IMG/VR virus record: IMGVR_UViG_3300033148_007030
Coordinates: 1-64,000 of that record
DNA length: 64,000 nucleotides
Source: a virus
Strand: one strand, 5' to 3'
Shown piece after piece: positions 9,314 through 18,866 of this stretch (positions are counted from its first letter, which is position 1; every line of letters begins with the position of its first letter). A model generated the notes under the pieces. It was not told the DNA's origin, did not search any database, and saw nothing but the letters and a program-made list of their open reading frames with translations. The position numbers were made by a program, and so were the translations under genes.

Positions 9314-10007
9314 ATTCTTCCTCATACTCCTCTTCATCTTCATCACCAATATCAATTATATTATCTTCGTCCTCGTTATCACCCCCATCAACTAACAATT
9401 TCTGTTGTTCAGCAATAGCCCATTTCTCCCACTCGTCAATCGGGACTGGGGCAGGAACTAAAAGAACTCCACCCGAAACCTTAACAGTATGATCAACTTT
9501 ATCAACTAACATTCCCTTATAGCGCATAAGCAAAGTAAGAGCCCCTAATTTATCACATGATTTTATATCTGTGGTAACAACTGATATTTTTTTACTTGTT
9601 TTTTCATCTTCTGATATAACAGTCTCATTTGTTTTTATAGAAGAAATAGCCCTTGCTACATCGTCGTCCAATTCACTAATCAATTTCAAAGTTCCATCAT
9701 CATTATAGAAATCCTTTGGATTTAAAAATGCTATCCTGCACAACTCTTTTATTATTCTTCGAGTGGTTGCCCTATTTGGTTTGGTTACTACCTTCACCAA
9801 CCGAGCTATCTCCGCCTTAACATGAGGACGTTTCATTAGTTGAACCACCGCTGCTTCAGCAACATTATCTCTTCCCTTATATCCCGCCCATATGTAAGCT
9901 TCCTTTGCATTCCTACACCCATTTGCAAGATACCTGGAAATAAACATTTCTTGTTGATTATTCAATCCTACCTTGGCTCCACTTAGTTTTATTTTTTTTC
10001 TTTTCAT
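9306..10007 (-). CDS. terS: Terminase small subunit
   Basis: QEMFISRYL...NAKEAYIWAGY, ELCRIAF, DKLGALTLL; upstream of terL. Confidence 0.85.
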   Translation of the reverse strand: MKRKKIKLSGAKVGLNNQQEMFISRYLANGCRNAKEAYIWAGYKGRDNVAEAAVVQLMKRPHVKAEIARLVKVVTKPNRATTRRIIKELCRIAFLNPKDFYNDDGTLKLISELDDDVARAISSIKTNETVISEDEKTSKKISVVTTDIKSCDKLGALTLLMRYKGMLVDKVDHTVKVSGGVLLVPAPVPIDEWEKWAIAEQQKLLVDGGDNEDEDNIIDIGDEDEEEYEEEYE

Positions 10008-10067
10008 ACTTAAAATTATATAATAAATTAGCTTTAAAATAAAGAGTAAAATATTTCGTCCTTTTAG

Positions 10068-10142
10068 AAGCCCCCCCTTAAGGCGCCTGATAAAGACGTT
10101 TCTTGTGGATACGCCTCTGCACTATATGTGCAAGGAGGGCTT
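10068..10142 (-). terminator. GC-rich branched hairpin between the replication block and the terS promoter region
   Basis: AAGCCCTCCTT pairs with AAGGGGGGGCTT; inner GCAC-ATATA-GTGC hairpin. Confidence 0.45.
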
Positions 10143-10152
10143 AAACACAATC

Positions 10153-10549
10153 TTATAGTTCTTGATCTTCTTTGTAGTGTATACAATACTTCCCATATAA
10201 TTCGAATAACTTATCTACAAAATCTGGACAGGGCATACTAAATGGTAGGCCTCTAGGACGGAATACCAATGAAGCCCTCGGCTTAAATTCACACACTTCT
10301 CTTTTACCACAATTCTGGCAACTTTTTGTTTCCATTTTACTTCCTCCCTATTAATTATTATCATTTACTATAAAAATGAGCATAACTTCTATCCCTTGTC
10401 TTTATCTCCTCTTCTGCGCTAAAATATAAATCCTCAAACTTTTCTTCAAACCAATCTTGTTCCATAAGCCAAGTCAAATAATTGGAAGGAAGTTCTCTGA
10501 TATCTTTACCTATATACTTCCCAAAGGGTATTACCATATCATCAACCAA
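10153..10549 (-). CDS. Two small proteins: Cys-rich 10153-10335; PFGKY-motif (DUF3820-like) 10361-10549
   Basis: CxxC motifs; IPFGKYIGKDIRELPSNYLTW. Confidence 0.6.
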
Positions 10550-10551
10550 CT

Positions 10552-11229
10552 TTACCTCCTCCTCAAAAGCTTGGGTTTCTGTATTTCAATATCCCCATTT
10601 TTCTGAACAACCACCGAATGAACTCCATTATGTTTCACAATATAAACTCGATCAGCTATCCCCATCAATTCCTCATCATGGGTAACGATTATCAACTGAA
10701 ATTTTAATTTATGAGACACTTCTCTTAACACCTGACCCCCCAATCCAACCAACCTTCCCATATTTTTCATTGGTTCATCCAAGATAATAACATTTCTACT
10801 ACTCGGTTTTTCTAAGTGCCATAAAACAATTCTCAAAGCAAAACTAATGATATCAATAGCACTTCCACCAACATCATCCTTTGGATCTTCATATACGACC
10901 TTTTTATTTCCCACCATCTCATAAACAATTGGTTTACATTCTAATTTATTTCTCTTCCTCTCAAAGATTAACTCAAATCCAAAAGGTCTTTCAAAAACAG
11001 ATTGAATAGCCATTGTTACCAACGATTCGACTCTCTCCTTAAATCGTTCCTGAGTTAATTTAGCCACCTCTGATAACACCCACCTAGCCTTGACAAAATT
11101 ATTCACCTTCTGAATATTATCTTCTATAGCATTTTCTTTTTCCTTCAAAGAATCCGCAAGAAGAAGAGATGTAACTTTCGCATCCTTAAACGCATCAACA
11201 CATTCTTGAACTGAATAATTGTTATTCAT
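10552..11229 (-). CDS. SbcC/Rad50-like ATPase, C-terminal half
   Basis: Signature-like VGGSAIDIISFALR, Walker B VIILDEP, IIVTHD. Confidence 0.85.
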   Translation of the reverse strand: MNNNYSVQECVDAFKDAKVTSLLLADSLKEKENAIEDNIQKVNNFVKARWVLSEVAKLTQERFKERVESLVTMAIQSVFERPFGFELIFERKRNKLECKPIVYEMVGNKKVVYEDPKDDVGGSAIDIISFALRIVLWHLEKPSSRNVIILDEPMKNMGRLVGLGGQVLREVSHKLKFQLIIVTHDEELMGIADRVYIVKHNGVHSVVVQKNGDIEIQKPKLLRRR

Positions 11230-11464
11230 ACCCCTCTAACCTCTCTTGAGCTATTTTCAACAAAGATTGTCGCTTCTCTTGTTTCACTTCAACCTGGCCA
11301 TCAATTTCCTTCAATCTGACATACATGGCATCTACATCTTCCATTCCAAACTCCTTCTTAATTCTACCAAAAATAGCATTCCTCTCTCCTTCCTTTGTAG
11401 AAATATCTGACTTGATATTACCCAACTTTTCCTTCAACTCAATTAAAACTGTTTCATCTCTCAT
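11222..11464 (-). CDS. Small coiled-coil protein
   Basis: Heptad-rich ORF coupled to the SbcC C-terminal gene. Confidence 0.6.
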   Translation of the reverse strand: MRDETVLIELKEKLGNIKSDISTKEGERNAIFGRIKKEFGMEDVDAMYVRLKEIDGQVEVKQEKRQSLLKIAQERLEGYE

Positions 11465-11479
11465 TGGCTTTCCTCTTAA

Positions 11480-12130
11480 TTAAAGATTGTCAAATAGTAT
11501 AGGCATTAACTCTCTGAATTCTGCTAAAATAGGTATCATTGTTTCCTGCATTTGTGGGTGAGCTGCTTTTGATGTGCGTAGTTTAAGAATGTGTCTCCAC
11601 TCACGAATGTTAGCTGTCATTACGATTTCGGTTTTGAGTGAATTTGGAAGGACAGATCGAGCTTGTTGAGGAGTCCAACCATACTTTAACGCTTGCATAT
11701 AAGCATCTTCACTCTCCCACATATGCGCAAACCAAGTATACAGTCCTCCATATTTCTCTCCATTTAGTATCGTTGAAGTAGATCTAACATATTCACCTTC
11801 CTCTATATTAATCCAAGGTGGAATCACAAATGTTACCCCCCCTTTGTAATTACAATACCTTGTACTCTCTTGACTGTATGCCACAAGTCTATGTCTTACA
11901 ATTTCATGAGTAACTCCACGATCACAAGTAATTTTAACTGAAATGTTTGCATGCTCAATTATAGAATGGTGCCCAAAAGCAATAATCCTTTCTACAAACT
12001 TTTCTGCAGACTCATCCGTTATTTTATTCTCGGACTTGTAACAGATTCTTCCTGCCTGTTCTATCCTTCGTAAAATCCCTAAACCTTCAACATCTGTTAG
12101 TATTTTAAAACTTGGTTTTACTAATATCAT
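11480..12130 (-). CDS. thyX: Flavin-dependent thymidylate synthase
   Basis: GHHSIIEH, RHRLVAYSQESTRY, ARSVLPNS, AHPQM. Confidence 0.95.
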   Translation of the reverse strand: MILVKPSFKILTDVEGLGILRRIEQAGRICYKSENKITDESAEKFVERIIAFGHHSIIEHANISVKITCDRGVTHEIVRHRLVAYSQESTRYCNYKGGVTFVIPPWINIEEGEYVRSTSTILNGEKYGGLYTWFAHMWESEDAYMQALKYGWTPQQARSVLPNSLKTEIVMTANIREWRHILKLRTSKAAHPQMQETMIPILAEFRELMPILFDNL

Positions 12131-12133
12131 TAG

Positions 12134-13060
12134 TTACCCCTCCTTACTCATTATTTGTGATAAAATATTAACTATTTCCTGATCCACCTTATTTTCCTTA
12201 ATAAACGCCTGGAGATTGATATTAAAAGAAGTAGTGTCAGCCTTCATATCAGGATTAACCTCCATCATCTCTTGAACAAATTTATCCAACATAGCTGTCA
12301 CCCTCTCCTCTTTTTCAAGATGTTCCCTAGATAAAACAACTTCTGGTGGTTGATGAGGAATTTCAACTTCTTCTATCCTACCCAATTTCTTTTTAGTGTC
12401 ATAAACATAAAAACATGGAGTATGATTCCAAAGATCCACTGACTTTCTAATCATACAACCAGTATTACAAATGATCTGACCGTCCTCCTCAATACAAAAC
12501 TTTTTATGTATGTCCCCACATAAAATAAGATCAAATTTACTGTGCTCATCTGAAAACTTCCTGGCATCCATATAATCGTGTCCTGACCACAATGCTTTTT
12601 CAGCAATAGGGGCATGGATTACCAGAATATTCAAATCAGCCCCCATTGAAATTTCTGGAATATCTTGCCCATAACTTACCCCACAAATTTGAATAGTTCG
12701 TCGATCATCGAGCAACTTGAGACTACTATTTCCTAAAATAGAAACCAACCCAGCTTTTTCCAAAATACCTAAGGAAGTAGCATTTCTTGTCTCCTCGGAG
12801 TAGAAATATGTATCATGCTGCCCAAAAATTGAAAAGGAATCTACTTTATACTTATTCAGCAAATCAATTTCCTTAGATAAAAGTCCATACCCTCTTGGAG
12901 TATTGTGCCAATCTCCTGCCTGAAGAATAGTGGCTCCTATCTCTTTTGCATAACTCCAAACAAACTCTAATTTTGAAAACTGAGATTCCACTAAATTGTC
13001 CAACCTGGCTTCAGGATTCTGCCATAAAAGATGAAGATCCGAAAGCAATATAAATTTCAT
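12134..13060 (-). CDS. SbcD/Mre11-like metallophosphoesterase nuclease
   Basis: SDLH, AGDW, GQHD, IHAPI, GDIH. Confidence 0.9.
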   Translation of the reverse strand: MKFILLSDLHLLWQNPEARLDNLVESQFSKLEFVWSYAKEIGATILQAGDWHNTPRGYGLLSKEIDLLNKYKVDSFSIFGQHDTYFYSEETRNATSLGILEKAGLVSILGNSSLKLLDDRRTIQICGVSYGQDIPEISMGADLNILVIHAPIAEKALWSGHDYMDARKFSDEHSKFDLILCGDIHKKFCIEEDGQIICNTGCMIRKSVDLWNHTPCFYVYDTKKKLGRIEEVEIPHQPPEVVLSREHLEKEERVTAMLDKFVQEMMEVNPDMKADTTSFNINLQAFIKENKVDQEIVNILSQIMSKEG

Positions 13061-13078
13061 GCTATAACTCCTTTTACT

Positions 13079-13613
13079 TTAGGAAATAAGTTCAAAAAGA
13101 TGCCAAACATAATCTTCTTGATCCTCCATAAAAGTTCCAATATACTTTATATTTAAAAAATCACCAATAAGTTGGCCAGTACCAAAAAGTTTAAAATATC
13201 TTACGACCATAGATTTAGTAGCATCTACCAAAACCCAAAGAAATGGTCTTTCCTTCTGCGTACCCACTGTAAGTATCTCAGCTCCCTCCGGCATTAAAAT
13301 CTCAAAATTCCCTACTATTGGAACTAAATATTTAAAAACTTGTTTCATTTTGCATCTCCTATATTTGATTTATTGCATCATTCCAGCACTCAAGAGCCAT
13401 AAGACAATTTTCTTTATCTACCCCACCCCAAACATCTTCATATCTGAGTAATGTATTCTCCGCCGTTGGGTCATAACCACATTTACATACCATCCAAACA
13501 TTACAAACATCCTCAGCAACTTGTTTAGAATAAGCAATAAACTCAGTATTATTATCACACTTTGGGCATCTTTCTATCTCATCATTTTCCTTCAACTGGA
13601 TTCTTCTTGACAC
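13079..13613 (-). CDS. Two hypothetical proteins (13079-13348, 13359-13613)
   Basis: ORFs with SDs; the second has CxxC motifs. Confidence 0.6.
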
Positions 13614-14682
13614 TATAACTCCTCAATTATAGAGTTTATTCTTTTCTCATCAATAACGGAAAAACAGGTGGGGCATACTTTAAGTTCTGTTAACTCCAAA
13701 ACGTATTCCTCTTTTATCTCATCTTTGCTTACTTCCAACTTGGCAATATCAGTATCAAGACCAACAAAAGTTTCTAACAAATTTTCCAATAGAATTAGTT
13801 GATCTATTTCCTTGGTAATTTGTAAAGCTTCTTTAATAGGTTTTTCTGCTGCCAAACCTTTTTTCAACTCCTCCACTTCCTCAGCAATTTCTAGGGCTTC
13901 GGATAAGAGTTCTTGTTCAGAAATTATGCTCTCTATCTGTTTACCAATAGTTTCCGCTTTATTGATATACTTCTCAGAGGATAAAAATGAATGGAGTAGT
14001 TTAAGTTCCTTATTAACCTCCTCTACATCTACTAAATACCTATCCAACACAGAATATTGTCTTTGAGCCTCCTTTTCCTCTTTATGAACTTTATCAAGAT
14101 CATTAACTATCTTTTCAACTTCATCAATGTCAGAATATCTCGCAAATTCAAACTTCTGATTTCCATGTTGGTCTTATTAACTTTACTTGTTAAATCACTG
14201 ACCCACCCATCCACCTGTTCCAATTTGGTTATTCTGTTTATTGTGCGGGCTACTTCCCCTGGGCTGGATGTTATTAAAAAAGGAACATCCAACTGCTTTT
14301 GAATGTTAAGATCCCCCAAATTCAAAACATCGGTAATAACGTCTGGAATACTCTTACCAAACCCTTTATAGACTTTATCTCCTATCACATATTTTGAATC
14401 CTCAACCTGTGGACCTTCCTTCCCAACCCCCACTTGTTTGATCAATTTAACAGAAGGACTATCAGGAAAAGATAAACTTATTTTAGTTGTTCCTTTATCC
14501 CCAGCAAAATGAGGAAGAAAATCTCCCCCCGAAGGTCTGTTTTTAGCTAATAACAATAAACCGCGTATGATATTAGTTTTCCCTGATTGAGGATCTCCAA
14601 TGATAACATTGACATTTGGGTGAAAATCAATCTTAGTATCCTTATGGGATTTAAAATTTTCTATTTTTAGAGTTTTGAACAT
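13613..14682 (-). CDS. SbcC/Rad50-like N-terminal half ending in a zinc hook; frameshifted near 14140
   Basis: IENFKSH, Walker A GDPQSGKT, Q-loop QKQLD; second frame FARYSDIDEVEK... leads to CPTC. Confidence 0.8.
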
Positions 14683-14692
14683 TAGATAACTC

Positions 14693-15202
14693 CTATTTTT
14701 CTACTACTAAAAAAGAACTCTTTATACCAAACTCCTTTGCCGCCTTCTCTGAGAACATTAAAATATCCACTCTATTCTTCCATCTCTCATGCATTCTATC
14801 CTGGAAAACAAACCTCCCATAATCCAATAAATAAACCTCATCCCCAAACTTAAACCCAAACTCCTTCTCAATATCCCTGGATAACGCAATCATCCCTTCT
14901 TTAACCTTTTTATTTGAAGCAGTTATTGTGGGAGAATCATCTGTTTGGGATGAAACAGGGTTATAAGCAGTCACTACCACCGGAACTAGTTCAATAATCG
15001 AACTATTGTACTTTTCAGATTCAAACTCTTTTTGTATATCCTGAAAGGATGATTTTATCTCAGTTATATCATAACCATTTGTATGAACTTGTTCTCGAAG
15101 TGTTCGAATATTTACAGAATATATTATGAAAAAGGTTAAAAATAACAGACTAAGAAACACCCCAAAAACAAAAAGTATATTAATCTTTATGTCATTTCTC
15201 AT
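14693..15202 (-). CDS. Membrane-anchored 3D-domain protein (lytic transglycosylase-like)
   Basis: N-terminal TM helix; VTAYNP..QTD..P.ITAS, IALSRD, DRM, VDILM. Confidence 0.8.
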   Translation of the reverse strand: MRNDIKINILFVFGVFLSLLFLTFFIIYSVNIRTLREQVHTNGYDITEIKSSFQDIQKEFESEKYNSSIIELVPVVVTAYNPVSSQTDDSPTITASNKKVKEGMIALSRDIEKEFGFKFGDEVYLLDYGRFVFQDRMHERWKNRVDILMFSEKAAKEFGIKSSFLVVEK

Positions 15203-15217
15203 CTTCTATTACCCCCA

Positions 15218-15766
15218 TCACACAAAGAATGTTGGTTCAACTAAATCAAAAAAATCTTGAAGTCGGACAATTACCCCATTTAACCTGCCTATCATAACTC
15301 TAATACTTCTACCTTCAAAAGATTCATCATACCAGGCAAGCAAATCAGATGCCACTTTATTAGAAAACATAATGCACTTCTCATGCCTATCCCTTTTAAA
15401 AATAATTAGTATTTCCTTTTGATTAGTTTTCTCTACTTTCTTTATTGCTTCCAACCACCATTTCAACAAAAGAGGGTCTCCCTTTTTTCTATCAATAAAA
15501 TCCAATATACTCACTTCATCAGAATACCCTCTTTTGATCTCCACAAAACATCTATCTATAAAAGGTTGACCTACAGGATCAATCGCCGCTACATCCCCAT
15601 CACTATTTGCAGTTGTTTTACCGTGTTTCAATCTCGTTGTGGCTCTTCCCCCAGATTGAGAGGTTCTCCAAAAAACATCGTCTCTCACATTGCCAGTCCA
15701 CCAGAAACTTAGTTCTTTGCAAATCTCTCTCTCAAAATTAAAGCCCTTAACAGATCCTTTGCCCAT
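15218..15766 (-). CDS. Holliday junction resolvase (Hjc/PD-(D/E)xK type)
   Basis: KG..FEREICKELS, SGG, GDV, VEIKRGY. Confidence 0.8.
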   Translation of the reverse strand: MGKGSVKGFNFEREICKELSFWWTGNVRDDVFWRTSQSGGRATTRLKHGKTTANSDGDVAAIDPVGQPFIDRCFVEIKRGYSDEVSILDFIDRKKGDPLLLKWWLEAIKKVEKTNQKEILIIFKRDRHEKCIMFSNKVASDLLAWYDESFEGRSIRVMIGRLNGVIVRLQDFFDLVEPTFFV

Positions 15767-15768
15767 AA

Positions 15769-16023
15769 CTATTCCTTCCTTAGTTTGGTATCATCTAACA
15801 CTTCAATCAAACACTTTGTTTTTGTTCTGAAAGAAGCTGCTCCTATAATACTTCTAATAGCCCCAATAATCCTGCCCTTTTTACCAATAATAAACCGATA
15901 ATCATCCTTTACCGCCGCTATTTGTAAAATAACTCCTGATCCTGTCCCTTTTATTTCTTTCACCTTTATCTTGTCCGGCTCATTCACCAACGCCTTAACG
16001 ATAACCAACAATAAATCTTTCAT
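15769..16023 (-). CDS. khpA: KH-domain RNA-binding protein (KhpA-like)
   Basis: IVKALVNEPD, IIGKKGR (GxxG), AIRSII. Confidence 0.8.
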   Translation of the reverse strand: MKDLLLVIVKALVNEPDKIKVKEIKGTGSGVILQIAAVKDDYRFIIGKKGRIIGAIRSIIGAASFRTKTKCLIEVLDDTKLRKE

Positions 16024-16050
16024 ACTTTTCTCCTCTCATTATATAAATAA

Positions 16051-16224
16051 TTAATTCCAAAACCCTCCAAAATACAGTACTATAATCCAGAAAACTGCGT
16101 ACCCTAAAGTGCTCCAAAAATTATACAGCCGGTTACCCCCTACTTTTGGTTTTCCATGTAAGTTAGCTGCTACTAATAAACCAGTTCCAAGCGCTATCAT
16201 TATAACTATCTGTGGCCAATCCAT
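16051..16224 (-). CDS. Small two-TM membrane protein
   Basis: MDWPQIVIM...HGKPK...LYFGGFW; SD GGGGAG. Confidence 0.65.
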   Translation of the reverse strand: MDWPQIVIMIALGTGLLVAANLHGKPKVGGNRLYNFWSTLGYAVFWIIVLYFGGFWN

Positions 16225-16237
16225 CTTACTCTCCCCC

Positions 16238-17098
16238 CTATTGTAGTTTAAAAATCTCTTCCCATTTTTCAAACTTATCGAAAAACGATTCAAATCCATA
16301 CTCCTCAAATACTTCTATAAAACTATCCTCCTTGAACCTTCCAAACCCAAGGCTGTTCACTTCAATTTTCTTTGGGCCTCTATACGGCAAAGCAATCAAT
16401 TGTAAATTTCTATGTATGATTTCCTTACTTTCTTCAGACTCAATTTTATCTTTCTTTTTCCCTGTTAACTCTCCTTTCAAATACTTGCAAGCTCCAAGCA
16501 AACCAACCCCTTCAATCCCTTTGATATTATCACTTGAATCTCCTGCCATTGCTTTAGCCATTGCCCATTGATTTGGCTCAATGCCCCATCCCAGCATAAA
16601 CTCCTTTTTAGTGAAAATCTTCTTTGTTTTTGCATTAAACACCCTAACAAAATGGTGCCTTTCTTCCAACAATAACTGCCATAAATCACCATCACTTGAA
16701 AATATAATATTTTTCCCTGGGCATCTTGCAACCACCTCTGCTATCAAATCATCCGCCTCATACCCATTATGATAAAATATATTTTCAAACCCAAGTTTCG
16801 GAAGCACCTCCTTTCTTAATTTAGTAAATTGATTATACATTATCTGTAATTCACCTAACTCCTCTATTGAATCAGTCTTTCTTCTGTTGGCCTTGTATTC
16901 TGGGTAAATCCAACTCCTATAACGATGTCTGCTATCCCAACAGAAGACAAATTCAGTAGTATCAAATTTCTCTGCCATTTTAAGAATTTGGTTCAGAAAA
17001 CCATAAATAACGCCTGTATACCTATCCTTGTACGATAGATCTCCAAACGCATATGATGCCATATAGCCAATATTGTTTGCGTCAAATATTATTCTCAT
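16238..17098 (-). CDS. 5'-3' exonuclease/flap endonuclease
   Basis: FDANN, YPEYKANR, EADDLIA, SSDGDLWQL, GDSSDNIKGIEGVG. Confidence 0.92.
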   Translation of the reverse strand: MRIIFDANNIGYMASYAFGDLSYKDRYTGVIYGFLNQILKMAEKFDTTEFVFCWDSRHRYRSWIYPEYKANRRKTDSIEELGELQIMYNQFTKLRKEVLPKLGFENIFYHNGYEADDLIAEVVARCPGKNIIFSSDGDLWQLLLEERHHFVRVFNAKTKKIFTKKEFMLGWGIEPNQWAMAKAMAGDSSDNIKGIEGVGLLGACKYLKGELTGKKKDKIESEESKEIIHRNLQLIALPYRGPKKIEVNSLGFGRFKEDSFIEVFEEYGFESFFDKFEKWEEIFKLQ

Positions 17099-17129
17099 TT
17101 ATGGTTCTATCCTATAAAAAATTATATTA

Positions 17130-17405
17130 CTATACATTATAATAGTACGGGGCCAGCTCTCCCATAGTAAATAAATTGGCAGATATTCTCCTTCTGACAG
17201 TAATTGGTTCTGATTTCAATATCTTGTATATTGGAAAGATAAGATCATATTTTGGGTCATTAAAATTTGTCTTTTTAAGATCTCTAAAAAACTGAACATA
17301 TGACCACATATCTTCATTATTTTCTGGCTGAAGGTCAATTGTTGGGATTATGCCCCCCGGTCTTTCAAGTGGCACTATTTTGATTTTCATTTGCTTCCTC
17401 CTCAA
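17130..17405 (-). CDS. Hypothetical protein
   Basis: ORF only. Confidence 0.5.
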   Translation of the reverse strand: MRRKQMKIKIVPLERPGGIIPTIDLQPENNEDMWSYVQFFRDLKKTNFNDPKYDLIFPIYKILKSEPITVRRRISANLFTMGELAPYYYNV

Positions 17406-17456
17406 TTAGTTAAACTAATTAATAATTCTCAAAATCTTTCCTTTGTTTTAAAATAA

Positions 17457-17620
17457 CCTTGCCATACCGCGCCTTACCAGACCTAACCTTGCCTCACCGA
17501 ACCTCACCTGCCTTGCCTTACTACGCCTTGCCCTACCTGACCGGACCGTGCCGTACCTTGCCTGCCTTGCCTTACCGAACCGGACCAAGCCCTACCACGC
17601 CCCGCCTGCGCAGCCACGCC
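17457..17620 (-). repeat. (GGY-NN)n array B: three units of 8, 10 and 10 pentamers punctuated by GGCA
   Basis: ccNNr pentamers on +; cctg tetramers at 17507, 17561, 17605. Confidence 0.9.
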
Positions 17621-17641
17621 AGTCCGTGAGACTGTATAAAG

Positions 17642-18127
17642 CTATACTATTTCATCCATTGCCGCAAACACCTTTGCAAGAGCAGCCAAAGAACCGTACT
17701 TTCGTCTAAATATATCCATATCCTTTTTAGCCTCATCCAACATCTGCCGGGTCAAATCCTCATCAGATAGAATATCAAGTACTTCTCTATACCCACGAAC
17801 ATCTTCAGCTTTCCTATCTTTAGTAAGAGACATAAATGTTCTTACTTTCTTTTTTGACTTTCCTTCCCCAATAACTATCAATTCCATTCTAATAATCTGT
17901 CTTGCTTGCCATATCCTATGCTGTTCCGCTGCTAAAGTGTTATCCCATTCGAATTTTGAATGTAAAACCGTATCTGGATTACGGGCAAACTCGACAACCT
18001 TTACAGGATCAAGCAACCCTCTATTCTGTTCCTTGACAAATAAAAGTTCCTTAGTAACTGTCATCTCCTCAACAATTGGCTCTTCTGATATTTCCATTGC
18101 CACTGCTACTGTATTATTTGCTTTCAT
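17642..18127 (-). CDS. Protein of unknown function coupled to the Cas7-like gene
   Basis: SD GGAGGAG; overlaps the end of 18114-18764; GLLDPVKVVEFARNPDTVLHSKFEWDNTLAAEQHRIWQARQII. Confidence 0.75.
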   Translation of the reverse strand: MKANNTVAVAMEISEEPIVEEMTVTKELLFVKEQNRGLLDPVKVVEFARNPDTVLHSKFEWDNTLAAEQHRIWQARQIIRMELIVIGEGKSKKKVRTFMSLTKDRKAEDVRGYREVLDILSDEDLTRQMLDEAKKDMDIFRRKYGSLAALAKVFAAMDEIV

Positions 18128-18764
18128 GGATCTCTCCTCCCTTAACCTCAAATAATCCCCATCCCATACCAACGCTTTTCTTACTATCAGGACGGCCTTC
18201 TCCTATACCAACTTGCATTCCTACTCTATATAACAAATTATAAATATCATCAATTGTAAATTGATCAGCATCCCAGCGAATCTTTACCTTTGCCGACCAA
18301 TTATGATACGCAGCTCTCACTGTAACATACGGTTGACCTGTTTCCACCCTTGCCATATCTTCCTGCTTTACTGGTTTCCCATATATACGAATTAATGGAA
18401 TCTGAGGTTCTTTTGCATCCCATCCATCGGGAACCACAAAGATACTTAACTTAGCCAATGTCATCTTAAAGCCTACTAATCGACAGGCAGAAATCATTGC
18501 TGCGCGAATTGATGTTGCGTTAAATCCATCCCAATTTTCTGCTGATATATACCTGGATTGTTGGTAAGACTCATCAGTAGATTTAGGTTCCCGATTTTTC
18601 TTACTAGAAGCGGCCTTACCAGTTTCCATCTTCAATTTCATTTCTGCTTTTGTCTTCGCAGAAAATCTATGGATAACTAACGGCGCTTCCCCAATAACCT
18701 CAAAAATTGCCGTTTGAAACTTTGGTGCTGAAATTGTTACAGTCTTTTTTTGTTCAGTAGCCAT
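18114..18764 (-). CDS. Stand-alone Cas7/RAMP-like RNA-binding protein (candidate Vipr)
   Basis: First strand FEVIGEAPLVIH, helix ATSIRAAMISA, thumb ending in R-A-A-Y-H-N-W-S, C-terminal G-rich loop VGIGEGRPD....GMGWGLFEV. Confidence 0.75.
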   Translation of the reverse strand: MATEQKKTVTISAPKFQTAIFEVIGEAPLVIHRFSAKTKAEMKLKMETGKAASSKKNREPKSTDESYQQSRYISAENWDGFNATSIRAAMISACRLVGFKMTLAKLSIFVVPDGWDAKEPQIPLIRIYGKPVKQEDMARVETGQPYVTVRAAYHNWSAKVKIRWDADQFTIDDIYNLLYRVGMQVGIGEGRPDSKKSVGMGWGLFEVKGGEIHESK

Positions 18765-18866
18765 AATAGCTCCTTTCTTGTGTGTTCTCCAATGGAGATG
18801 TTAAAAATTAATGTTTATTACCGCCTTTTACCAAATTTATTTTTACCGCACCACCTCCTTTTTATT

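Noticed and set aside
17457-17620. Simple microsatellite or G-quadruplex-only explanation for the arrays
   Set aside because: Neighbouring pentamers differ at exactly two positions and regular punctuation exists; slippage would homogenise units. Two-tier G4 folding is possible but does not explain the unit structure or linkage to a RAMP-like gene
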